From: an uncultured bacterium
GTDB lineage: Bacteria; Actinomycetota; Acidimicrobiia; Spongiisociales; UBA5794
Direction: 5' to 3'
Assembly: GCA_963801165.1 (NCBI GenBank)
Contig: CAWDDT010000005.1
Span: 96,001 to 160,000, forward strand
Length of the DNA: 64,000 nt
Part shown: in pieces, positions 51,576 to 60,604 of the stretch
Numbering within the stretch: position 1 is the first letter of the stretch
Layout: the number at the start of each line of letters is the position of its first letter
Notes under the pieces: generated by a model
What the model was told of the DNA's origin: nothing
What the model saw: the letters and a program-made list of their open reading frames with translations, nothing else
The model's database searches: none
Translations under genes and position numbers: made by a program

Positions 51576-52513
51576 GACAGCCTCACTTTCGGATTGAGCC
51601 ACGCGGTGATCAGATCGATGGCCAGATTGACAATGACGACCAACACGGCCACAACAACGACCAGCCCCATCACCAGGGGGATATCACCCTGCTGTGTGGA
51701 CGTGACGGCGATCTCGCCGAGGCCGGGCAATACGAAGAGCCTCTCGATGATGATTGCCGCACCGAGCATCCCGATGAACTGCACACCAATGACCTGTAGG
51801 GCCGGGCCGGCGGAGTTGCGCAGCACGTGCTCGAACAACACCCGGCGACCCGGGACACCCCGCGCTCGCAGAGTGCGCACATAGTCGTTTTCGAGAGCGT
51901 CGCGCACCGTGCCACGGATCTGGAGTGTTGCCGCCGCCATGGCTCCGGCAGCCAGCGAGAGCACGGGTAGCGTGATGGACCTCAGCCACCCGGTCCAGGA
52001 TTCTCCGAATGGGACAAATCCGCCTGCTTTGAACCAACCGAGCTTGACTGCAAACAGAGTGATTACAGCGAAGGCAACGAGGAATCCCGGGATGGCGAAC
52101 CCGGTGAGCGCGACGCCTTGGACGAAGCGGTCAACACCGCCGCCGCGGACGGCTCCGATGACGCCGAGGACCACCGCGATGAGGACCGCAACCAGCATTG
52201 CACCGATCACGATCGTGAGTGTGATGGTGAGTCGGCGGCTGATCGAGTCGAAAACTGTGGACGGAGAGAACCAAGACCTCCCGAAGTCACCCGTGACTGC
52301 GTTGCGAAGCCACGCCCAGTACTGCTCCAGCACCGGTCGGTCGAGTCCGAGCTGCTTGGTGAGCTGCTGGACCTGTTCCTCGGTAGCATTCATCCCCAGC
52401 TGGTTGCGAGCGATGTTGCCCGCCCCGAGCGTCAGCAAGACAAAGGTCACTGTTGACACTCCAAGGAGTAATACGACGCCTGCGCCGACGCGTTTGGCAA
52501 TGTACCTGAGCAT
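51572..52513 (-). CDS. Opp/Dpp-type ABC permease (DppB)
   Basis: LGLDRP..EQY, GDFGRS, DYVRTLRARG, IERLF.LPGLG; GGAGGAG RBS. Confidence 0.93.
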   Translation of the reverse strand: MLRYIAKRVGAGVVLLLGVSTVTFVLLTLGAGNIARNQLGMNATEEQVQQLTKQLGLDRPVLEQYWAWLRNAVTGDFGRSWFSPSTVFDSISRRLTITLTIVIGAMLVAVLIAVVLGVIGAVRGGGVDRFVQGVALTGFAIPGFLVAFAVITLFAVKLGWFKAGGFVPFGESWTGWLRSITLPVLSLAAGAMAAATLQIRGTVRDALENDYVRTLRARGVPGRRVLFEHVLRNSAGPALQVIGVQFIGMLGAAIIIERLFVLPGLGEIAVTSTQQGDIPLVMGLVVVVAVLVVIVNLAIDLITAWLNPKVRLS

Positions 52514-52537
52514 GGTCTCCTCCTCCACGATGTGGTC

Positions 52538-52565
52538 TTGGAGCCCCCGCTGCCGGGGGCTCCAA
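52538..52565. other. Intercistronic stem-loop after the SBP gene (mRNA-stabilising or partial terminator)
   Basis: TTGGAGCCCCC-GCTGCC-GGGGGCTCCAA, 11-bp perfect stem without a U-tract. Confidence 0.6.
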
Positions 52566-52578
52566 ACCACCGTATGGG

Positions 52579-54201
52579 CTAGCCGGCTGGAGTGAAGTTC
52601 CAGATATACGGCACCGCGTTGCCGACCTGGGACTGCACATTCACGACATCCGGGTTGTACGCGTACACCTGGAGCGGGCGCATCCACGGGGCAAACCAGG
52701 CCTGCTCGAGTATGTACTCACCCAGGTCTGAGACGAGCTGGTCGTACTTGGCCGGGTCGGTCTCGTACTGGATCTGCTTGATCAGATCCGCGGAGGTCTC
52801 GTCGGTGTACTTCGCCGGGTTCCACGTGGCGTTGGGGCCGAGCATGAACTCGATCGCGTCGTAGTCATTGGCCTGCTGCTGAAGGGCCATGAAGTACGCC
52901 GGGTACTTCGGCGTCAACAAAGCGCCGATGAAGTCGGCTCCCTCGTCGACGTGGTTGACCGTGATGCCTATCTGGCTCAACGAGTCCGCGGAAATCGCGT
53001 AAATGGCTTCGTTTAGCCGACTCGAAACGGGCATGTCGAGCGTGAACCCGTCCGCATACCCTGCCTCAGCCATCAGCGCCTTTGCCGCTTCGACGTCGTA
53101 GGGATAGAAGTTCTCGAGCTCGGGGTGGTATCCCGGGCTGTTTGGGGGGAACACCTGGTTGGTGGGTTCTGCATAACCGAGACCGATCGCATCAGAGATC
53201 GCCTGGCGATCAATCACCATATTGATCGCCTGCCGCACTCTGACATCTCCGAGCGGGCTGCCCATCGAGCCGGCCCTGTCGATGAGTGAGTATCCCCACC
53301 AGTCGAGCGGCCAGGTCACCGTGGCCAGACCGGCGGCCTCGACCTCCGGCACGAGTTCCTTGCCGAGCATGATGGCACCATCAACCTCACCCGTCTTGAG
53401 CGCGTTGGCAATGGCGTTCGGGTCACCGATGACCCGAAAGACGACCTGGTCCCAATACTGCATGTCGGGGTTCCAGTAGTCGGGATTCGCGTTGAACGTG
53501 TAGAACGACCCAACCGTCGAGTTGGCGACATCCATGATGTACGGGCCGCTACCGATCGGGTTTGTCGCCTCGTCGGCGGCTCCGAAGGTTGCCGGGCTCT
53601 GCATCAGCCCAGCCGTCACGGCCAGATGGTTGAGCAGTGCCGGGTTCGGCGCCGACAGGTGGATCTCGAGCGTGAACTCGTCCACCGCAACGGCATCATC
53701 AATCAACGCCAGGAACGACGCGTTGGATCCGGTCCCATCCCTGAAGCGAATCAGGTTCTGGGCGGCGGCGTCGGCGTTGAACGGGGTCCCGTCCGTGAAG
53801 GTCACGTCGTCACGCAGGTGCATGGTGAGCACCGTGTTGTCTTCGTTGTAGGACCAGTCTGTCGCCAGCCATGGCTCGAGCTCGCCTTCGGGCGTAGCCC
53901 GCACCAGGCCGTCGTATACAACCTGATACTGCTCGGCGTTCTGGCCAAACCGTGACTCCGCCGCCGTCCAGCTGACCACGTCAACGATCACAGCTAGTGT
54001 CAGGGTGCCGCCATGCGCCATGGGCGCAGCCGTCGATTCAGCAGAGGTGCTGCCGGTTTCGCCATTGGTTGCCGTGGTGGTTGTCTGACTGCCGGAATCC
54101 CCTCCGGCTGTCGTGGTGGTCTCGCCTGAGTCGCTGCCGCCGCAAGCGGCGACGACGAGGGCGAAGACCACCAGCACGGCGATTGCCTTCAGTTTTCGCA
54201 T
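52579..54201 (-). CDS. Family-5 ABC substrate-binding lipoprotein
   Basis: Lipobox VAAC, Thr-rich linker, PWLATDW, LRDDVTFTDGTPFNA, PIGSGPY, VRQAI. Confidence 0.93.
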   Translation of the reverse strand: MRKLKAIAVLVVFALVVAACGGSDSGETTTTAGGDSGSQTTTTATNGETGSTSAESTAAPMAHGGTLTLAVIVDVVSWTAAESRFGQNAEQYQVVYDGLVRATPEGELEPWLATDWSYNEDNTVLTMHLRDDVTFTDGTPFNADAAAQNLIRFRDGTGSNASFLALIDDAVAVDEFTLEIHLSAPNPALLNHLAVTAGLMQSPATFGAADEATNPIGSGPYIMDVANSTVGSFYTFNANPDYWNPDMQYWDQVVFRVIGDPNAIANALKTGEVDGAIMLGKELVPEVEAAGLATVTWPLDWWGYSLIDRAGSMGSPLGDVRVRQAINMVIDRQAISDAIGLGYAEPTNQVFPPNSPGYHPELENFYPYDVEAAKALMAEAGYADGFTLDMPVSSRLNEAIYAISADSLSQIGITVNHVDEGADFIGALLTPKYPAYFMALQQQANDYDAIEFMLGPNATWNPAKYTDETSADLIKQIQYETDPAKYDQLVSDLGEYILEQAWFAPWMRPLQVYAYNPDVVNVQSQVGNAVPYIWNFTPAG

Positions 54202-54275
54202 TTCTCCTCCGTAGGTCGTTTCCTTGATTGGTACCGACCGGCAGACGCCGGTCTCTCCGGGTTGTGGTCTCTGGC

Positions 54276-55301
54276 TTACCCCACCTTCGGAAGGCTCCTC
54301 TCGGTGGATACGGTTGAATCTCGCACCACCAGCTCCGGGGCAAACGAAATACGCCGATGGATGTGATCTGGTTCGTTTGCCTCGTTGACAAGCAGCTCGG
54401 CGGCGGCGGCACCGATGGCTGGGGGCTGTCTGATGGTGGTGAGGGGGACGGTGGCGATCTCGGCAAAGATGATGTCGTCGTACCCGATCAGGGCGATGTC
54501 CTCAGGAACACGACGACCGCGCTCGATGAGGCCACGAAGAACACCGAGAGCCGTCAGATCGTTTGCGCAGAAGACGCCATCGGGCTCGTACGCGAGGATG
54601 GCGTCGGTGGCAGCGTGACCGTCGATGCCGGTGAGGTTGTCGACCCAGACGACCTCGATCACGACGTCGTCACGATCGGCCGCCGCCGCACGGAGCCCGT
54701 CCAGCCGAAGGTTGGCGAAGTCCAGGTCGCGTGGGCCCGTCACGAACACGATCCTGCGGCGGCCGATCTCGAGGAGGTGTTGGCCGGCGAGCCGTCCACC
54801 ATCCATCTGATCGATATCGGTCGAGCAACCCTCGGTTGTCGAACTGATGCCCCCGACATATGCGAACGACATGCCCCGAGCGCGCATAGCCTCGATCCGA
54901 GGAGCAAGCTCCTCGGTGAAGATCGGCGGGAGGACGACGCCCGCCACGCGGAACTCCTCCAGTTGCAGGAGTTGGCGCTCAACACGTTCGAAGTCAAACC
55001 CGGTCCCGGCGACGACGGCGGAATAGCCGTACGTGGCCAGTGCCTGCTCGGCGGCTTCGACGTATGCGGTAACGAAGGGGTTGGCGTAGTCGACCACCAG
55101 CACCCCCATCACTGTGCTCTTCTTCGCTCGCAAACGTGAGGCGGAGGCGTTGCGCACGTACCCGAGTTCTTCGATGGCCGTCAAGACGGCCCGTCTCGTA
55201 GGTTCGGCGACGGATTCGGGCCGGTTCAGCACGTTGGAGACGGTTCCCAGCGACACACCGGCTCGCATGGCAACCTCACGAATGCTGACGGCCCGTTTCA
55301 T
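54276..55301 (-). CDS. LacI-family transcriptional regulator
   Basis: SIREVAMRAGVSLGTVSNVLN, GYVRN, FCANDL.ALG, IGYDDI, LTTIRQP. Confidence 0.93.
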   Translation of the reverse strand: MKRAVSIREVAMRAGVSLGTVSNVLNRPESVAEPTRRAVLTAIEELGYVRNASASRLRAKKSTVMGVLVVDYANPFVTAYVEAAEQALATYGYSAVVAGTGFDFERVERQLLQLEEFRVAGVVLPPIFTEELAPRIEAMRARGMSFAYVGGISSTTEGCSTDIDQMDGGRLAGQHLLEIGRRRIVFVTGPRDLDFANLRLDGLRAAAADRDDVVIEVVWVDNLTGIDGHAATDAILAYEPDGVFCANDLTALGVLRGLIERGRRVPEDIALIGYDDIIFAEIATVPLTTIRQPPAIGAAAAELLVNEANEPDHIHRRISFAPELVVRDSTVSTERSLPKVG

Positions 55302-55403
55302 CACGACGGCACCACGCTCCCTGCGCTCCCGAACCCGCCGACGCTGTGACTGACCACAGACACTGTCTCCTCCCGCATCTTCGGTCTCTCCTCCAACCGT
55401 TGA

Positions 55404-55417
55404 TTGAAACGTTTCAA
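55404..55417. promoter_or_regulatory. LacI-type operator
   Basis: Perfect palindrome TTGAAACGTTTCAA upstream of the LacI/ABC/GH operon. Confidence 0.75.
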
Positions 55418-55503
55418 CCATAGCGCAGGCGAAACGGTCTTGTCTAGGGGAAATAATGACCAGCCCTCCATACAAACACGGTACAAGAGGCTGCGCGCTG
55501 AGC

Positions 55504-55517
55504 ATGAAACGTTCCAT
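55504..55517. promoter_or_regulatory. LacI-type auxiliary operator
   Basis: ATGAAACGTTCCAT, 100 bp from the first site. Confidence 0.6.
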
Positions 55518-55633
55518 CGTGTTCCGTCTGCGCTCGCCCAACCACGCGGAGTCCTCCCATGAGATCCTCGTCTCTACGGAAGCGCAGCAGGAGTTCGGCA
55601 GAGCCGAGCCCTCGGCTCTGCCCCCGGGACCTC

Positions 55634-57955
55634 CTACTCGGGTGGCGGGAACAGCGGTGCCGGCCGGGGCGGATCGTCGGCAGATGGCCGGAAACGACAC
55701 GCGAGGTCGTGAACACCGGCGCCGACCTCCTCCATCGAGCTCCCATCCGGCATCTCGACCTCGGCCACGACGCCGTCGGGGACCTCGAGGTGGAGCCGGA
55801 ACTCGTCGCCGGCCCGATCCCATCTCACCCGGGCTCGCCCGGTGGGCAACTCACGGCTCGCTTCGGCGTAGCTGAGACCACCACCCGGTAGCGGGCGTAT
55901 CGCCAGCCTCGAATATCCCGGTGCCGCCGGGCCGAGACCGGCCACCCGCCGGTGGAGGAACGAGGCCACGGCCCCGAGGGCGTAGTGATTGAAGGACGTC
56001 ATCTCCCCCGGATTCACCGACCCGTCCGGGAGCATGCTGTCCCAGCGCTCCCAGATCGTCGTCGCTCCCATCGTCACCGGATAGAGCCACGAGGGAACCT
56101 CGGTCTGCAGCAGCAGGTGATAGGCATCGTCGGGATACCCGCCATCCACCAGGGCGTCGCAAACGAGTGGTGTCCCAACGAAGCCGGTGCCGATGTGGAA
56201 ACCGTCTCGCTCTACGAGATCACGCAATCGGCTAGCCGCCCGAGCCCGATGGTCTGCGGTTGACAGCAGGTCGAATTGGAGCGCAAGTGCGTACGCCGTC
56301 TGCGAGTCGCTCGCCATCAGACCATTTGGTGTGACGAACTCGGCCTGGAATGCTTTCCGGATTGCCACGGCCAGTCTGCCATACCGGGCGGCGTCGGCAT
56401 CCTCACCGATCACTCTCGCAACCTGGGCGACGAGCCCGGCGCTATAGGCGTGATAGGCCACTGCCACTAGCTCCGGGCTGGTGCGCCCGGACGCAGGACG
56501 ATCGGGAGGGGCGATCGGATCCAGCCAGTCCCCAAACTGGAGACCCGGTTTCCACAGCAGGTCGTCGCCGGCCAGGTCGGTGATCTGATCGACCCAGGAG
56601 CACATGCTCGTGTACTGGCGGCGAAGCACCGCGGGATCGCCGAAATGCTGGTAGAGCAACCAGGGTACGACCACCGCAGCGTCGCCCCACGCCGCCATCG
56701 GCACCGGGGGAATCATCAGTTGCACCCATGGCACATAGATCGGCACCGTATCGTGCTCGATCTGCTCGGCGGCGAGATCCTCCAGCCAGGATTCGATCAT
56801 GGATGCACAGTCGAAAAGGAAGAAGGCGGCGTCGCCAAAAACCTGGAGATCTCCCGTCCAGCCCAGCCTCTCGTCACGCTGCGGGCAATCGGTCGGAATG
56901 TCGACGAAGTTGCCCCGTGCGCTCCACCGTGCGTTCTCGTGGAAACGGTTCAGCAATGCGTTGGAGCATTCGAACTCCCCCAATTCATCGAAGTCGGTGT
57001 GGCACACGACGGCACGCAAATCATCAGACGTCAGTTCCCCGGGCCAGCCTTCGATCTGCGCATAGCGAAACCCGTGGATCGTGAACCTGGGTTCCCACGT
57101 CAGCGCATCTGCGCCGCAGATGATCCGGTCGGTAGCTGCCGCTCCCCGCAACGGCCGGAACGCGGGCTCGCCGTGCTCCAGCACCTCGGCGTGCCGGACC
57201 GTGATCGTTCTCCCCGGCGCCGCCGGCACTTCCATCTGGAGCCGCCCGGCGATGTTCTGACCGAAGTCGACGATCGCCCGGCCCGATTCTCTGTAGTCGA
57301 TCGACACCGGAGCAATGGCTTCGATGCGCCGCACCGGCGGGCTCACCGGCACAAAGAGCGGGCGGACATCGAAAGGTCTCGCCTCGACACCGGACCAATC
57401 CGAATCGTCGAAAACGGGCTGCGACCATGCCGGGTCTAGCCGGGCGGCATCCAGTGTTTCGCCGTCGTAGAGACTGGAGGCGACGATCGGGCTGGGGTCT
57501 GCGCTCCAACCCTCGTCGGTGACGACCCGCGTCACCGTCCCGTCCGGGTGTGTGATTGCCAGCAACGCGATAGGTCCGATTTCTGAGCCGTAGATCTCAC
57601 GCACGCCGCCGCCGAAGCCGATACGGCCCCGGTACCAGCCTTCGGCGACCGTGACACCGATCGCATTCCGCCCGTCGGACAGCAGCGGGCCGACGTCATG
57701 GTGGATCAGGCGGTGGCGGTGGTGGTAGCTCGTCCAGCCGGGCGAAAGCACGTGGTCACCGACAACCGAGCCGTTGATCTCTGCCTCGAACACACCGCAG
57801 GCCGTCATCCACAGGTCCGCTGTCACGACCGGTTTGGGGAGCGTGAACGACGAACGGAACCTAACCGGCTGTGAGACAGGAGGCGGGGACCCGGCCCAGG
57901 CGGCAACAATGAGCCGCGGCTCCCAATCGAGTGGGTAGGGCTGTTGCGGGGCCAC
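55634..57955 (-). CDS. GH78 alpha-L-rhamnosidase
   Basis: LSPGWTSY, DFGQN, FTIHGFRY, PTDCPQRDERLGWTGD, FGDWLDP, GATTIWERWDS, SFNHYALGAV. Confidence 0.94.
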   Translation of the reverse strand: MAPQQPYPLDWEPRLIVAAWAGSPPPVSQPVRFRSSFTLPKPVVTADLWMTACGVFEAEINGSVVGDHVLSPGWTSYHHRHRLIHHDVGPLLSDGRNAIGVTVAEGWYRGRIGFGGGVREIYGSEIGPIALLAITHPDGTVTRVVTDEGWSADPSPIVASSLYDGETLDAARLDPAWSQPVFDDSDWSGVEARPFDVRPLFVPVSPPVRRIEAIAPVSIDYRESGRAIVDFGQNIAGRLQMEVPAAPGRTITVRHAEVLEHGEPAFRPLRGAAATDRIICGADALTWEPRFTIHGFRYAQIEGWPGELTSDDLRAVVCHTDFDELGEFECSNALLNRFHENARWSARGNFVDIPTDCPQRDERLGWTGDLQVFGDAAFFLFDCASMIESWLEDLAAEQIEHDTVPIYVPWVQLMIPPVPMAAWGDAAVVVPWLLYQHFGDPAVLRRQYTSMCSWVDQITDLAGDDLLWKPGLQFGDWLDPIAPPDRPASGRTSPELVAVAYHAYSAGLVAQVARVIGEDADAARYGRLAVAIRKAFQAEFVTPNGLMASDSQTAYALALQFDLLSTADHRARAASRLRDLVERDGFHIGTGFVGTPLVCDALVDGGYPDDAYHLLLQTEVPSWLYPVTMGATTIWERWDSMLPDGSVNPGEMTSFNHYALGAVASFLHRRVAGLGPAAPGYSRLAIRPLPGGGLSYAEASRELPTGRARVRWDRAGDEFRLHLEVPDGVVAEVEMPDGSSMEEVGAGVHDLACRFRPSADDPPRPAPLFPPPE

Positions 57956-58026
57956 GGTGCTCCTCGATGCGGACGGGCTACCGATCGTAGCTCCACGCGC
58001 TCTCGGACTGCCGTCGCATAGAGTCC

Positions 58027-59178
58027 TCAGGCAGCGCGGGCGAGGATGCGCGCGAGCTCAGCTCGATCGAGTGGGATCGGGTTGCCCTTCATGCTGCTGG
58101 AGCGCAATGCGCCTTCGCAGATGCCCTCGTACATGTCGGCTATGAGGCCATAGTCGCTTAGCGATGGCACACCGAGGGACTCTGTCAGATCGAAAAGCCA
58201 TGTGACCGCCGCACGAGGATTCGCATCAGAGTCTCTTGTCAGCCAGCGGGCGACCCGGGCGAACCTAGGCAACACGGGAGCATTCGCAGCCTCTGCCGCA
58301 CTGATGTTGGCGTCGAAGACCGGGGCAAGTAGGCATCCACAGGCAAGACCGTGGGGCACGTGGAGACGGCCGCCGAGCACACCGGCGAAACCATGGACCG
58401 CGCCGAGCCCTGCGTTGGCAAGGACAATCCCGCCATAGAGGCTCGCCAGCGACATATCGAGCCGAGCATCCAAGTCGTCACCGTCGGCGGCGGCGCGCTG
58501 TAGCGAGCGAGCTGCCCGTCTGATCCCGTCCTCGCAGAACGGATCAACCAGCGGGTTCGCCCGGAGAGAGACGTACGACTCGAGCAGGTGCGTCAAGGCA
58601 TCGAGGCCACTGCTCACGGTCACCGACCTCGGCATCGATTGAGTGAGGTCGGGGTCCACAAGAGCGATCGTCGGCACCATGAATGGGCTGCGCATGCTCA
58701 CCTTGACGGCGTGCTTCTCCGACAGCAGGACCGCGTTCTTGGTCGCCTCGGACCCGGTCCCGGCCGTGGTCGGGACAGCGACATGGGGTACAGGCATCGT
58801 AGTAAGCGGCTTACCATCGCCGATAACCTCGAGGTACTCCATCACGTCGCCCGGGTTGCTGAGGAGAGCGGCAATGGCTTTCCCCGTGTCGAGCACGCTC
58901 CCGCCCCCGATCGAGACGACGAGATCACAGCCGGGCCCGCGGGCGATGTCGGTGCCCCGCTTCACGTCCTCGACGGTCGGCTCGTGACCGACGCAGAACG
59001 AAATGACGGCGACGCCGGCGGCTTCCAGACCGTCGATCAGGGGTTGCTGACGGAGTGGCTCCTTGCCGGTGACGACAAGAGCCCTGCTACCCAGGGAGGC
59101 CGCCCGCGTCCCCAGCTCAGCGGACGCCCCTACCCCGAAGACGATCTTTCCCGGTAGTACCAGTTCGAACGTAGCCAT
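58027..59178 (-). CDS. Iron-containing alcohol dehydrogenase
   Basis: GGGSVLDTGK, PTTAGTGSE, DALTHLLE, GAVHG, HGLAC. Confidence 0.93.
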   Translation of the reverse strand: MATFELVLPGKIVFGVGASAELGTRAASLGSRALVVTGKEPLRQQPLIDGLEAAGVAVISFCVGHEPTVEDVKRGTDIARGPGCDLVVSIGGGSVLDTGKAIAALLSNPGDVMEYLEVIGDGKPLTTMPVPHVAVPTTAGTGSEATKNAVLLSEKHAVKVSMRSPFMVPTIALVDPDLTQSMPRSVTVSSGLDALTHLLESYVSLRANPLVDPFCEDGIRRAARSLQRAAADGDDLDARLDMSLASLYGGIVLANAGLGAVHGFAGVLGGRLHVPHGLACGCLLAPVFDANISAAEAANAPVLPRFARVARWLTRDSDANPRAAVTWLFDLTESLGVPSLSDYGLIADMYEGICEGALRSSSMKGNPIPLDRAELARILARAA

Positions 59179-59267
59179 CGCCGCGACGATAGCTGCCGCC
59201 CCGGCTCTCCCTATTCCGGCGCACTTCCGCGGCCCGGGGAACGTAGCCTGTCCGTAAGTTCACGAAG

Positions 59268-59302
59268 AAAGGCCCGGGGCATCGGATGTGCCCCGGGCCT
59301 TT
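59268..59302 (-). terminator. Intrinsic terminator downstream of the YceI gene
   Basis: AAAGGCCCGGGGCA-TCGGATG-TGCCCCGGGCCTTT, followed by a U-rich tract on the minus strand. Confidence 0.8.
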
Positions 59303-59313
59303 GATCACTTTGG

Positions 59314-59856
59314 TCAGGCCTTAGCGGCCTCGAGCTCGATCTCGATGGTCACTTCCTTGCCAACGAGCCAGCCGCCGGCCTCGAGAGGGGCGTTCCAGGT
59401 GAGCCCCCAGTCCTCACGGTTGATCTTTGTGCTCGCCGAAAAGATGGCCTTCTCATTCCCCCACGGGTCCTGAATGACGCCGGCGAACTCCATGTCAAGG
59501 GTGACCGGGCGGCTCTCGCCGCGAATGGTCAGTTCGCCGTCGACCGCGTAGCCGTCACCGGTGACACGAACGGTATTCGAGTTGAATTCGAGTGTGGGGA
59601 AGTTCTCTACGTCGAGGAAGTCCGGGGAACGAAGATGGTGGTCGCGGTCGCTCGCCCCGGTGTCGATGGATGCGGCGTCGATGGTGACATTCACCGACGA
59701 GTTCTCCACCGGATCGGCGACATTGATGGTTCCCGAGAAAGTCCTGAAGCTGCCCCGGACGCGCGCTGCCATCAGATGCTTGACCTTGAAACCCACCGTC
59801 GTATGTGCGGTGTCGAGGCTCCATGTCCCTGTTGCGGGAAGGGTAAGTGTGCTCAC
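59314..59856 (-). CDS. YceI-family protein
   Basis: GTWSLDTAHTTVGF.VKH, RD.HLRSPDFLD, GELTIRG, DPWG, INREDWGLTWN. Confidence 0.95.
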   Translation of the reverse strand: MSTLTLPATGTWSLDTAHTTVGFKVKHLMAARVRGSFRTFSGTINVADPVENSSVNVTIDAASIDTGASDRDHHLRSPDFLDVENFPTLEFNSNTVRVTGDGYAVDGELTIRGESRPVTLDMEFAGVIQDPWGNEKAIFSASTKINREDWGLTWNAPLEAGGWLVGKEVTIEIELEAAKA

Positions 59857-59894
59857 GACATTCCTTTCTAGTTGACTGCTAAGATAATGATACC

Positions 59895-59916
59895 TCAGAT
59901 ATCTGACAAGTCAAAT
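59895..59916. promoter_or_regulatory. Probable MarR operator between the YceI and MarR genes
   Basis: Palindrome TCAGATATCTGA overlapping TGAC-AA-GTCA in an AT-rich divergent promoter region. Confidence 0.5.
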
Positions 59917-59938
59917 GTTTCTTGGTAAGATGATTTCG

Positions 59939-60406
59939 ATGACCGCCGCAACCACCCACAAAGCAATCGCCGACGAGCGAATCGGCCAGTTCGGTTTGTT
60001 CGTCGAGGCGGGCCGGCGTCTCGCCAGGATCATGGAAGCCTCGCTGCTGAATGCCCACGGCATGACGTCGATCGAGTTCGAGGCACTCCTTCGGGTGGCC
60101 AGATCGCCTGAGCATCGGATGTCGATGGGGCAGCTTGCCGAGCAGATGGTGCTCACCTCGGGTGGGGTCACCCGCCTCATCGACCGGCTGGCAGCAGACG
60201 GGCTCATCGCCAGGGTGAGTTGTCCCAGCGATCGACGGGTCCAGTGGGCGCATCTCACCAAGGCGGGAACCGAGAAGATTGTCGGCGTCGCCGAGACCCA
60301 CCTGGCCGATCTGGACGAGCATTTCTTCTCTGCCATGACGACCGAGGAGTTGGAGACAATACTCCCGGTGCTCGACCGGCTCCGCTCCGCCTGCACTGAG
60401 CACTGA
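59939..60406 (+). CDS. MarR-family transcriptional regulator
   Basis: EFEALLR, TSGGVTRLIDRL..DGLI.R, DRR, LTKAG. Confidence 0.92.
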   Translation: MTAATTHKAIADERIGQFGLFVEAGRRLARIMEASLLNAHGMTSIEFEALLRVARSPEHRMSMGQLAEQMVLTSGGVTRLIDRLAADGLIARVSCPSDRRVQWAHLTKAGTEKIVGVAETHLADLDEHFFSAMTTEELETILPVLDRLRSACTEH

Positions 60407-60604
60407 GACCCGCCGAAACGCACCGGGCGGGACGTCGTCGCACGCCACATCGCCAAACCTGCGGGTGAGCAGCCGGATCTGCACTGATCGCCTGGCATTT
60501 CAGGGTCTTGACAGACGGCCTACCGCCTCGGGACCAATGGGCCTACCGGTTGGGCCGACCCAGTCGCAATCATTGAATGCACTCCACTAGCTGAGGAGCT
60601 GATT

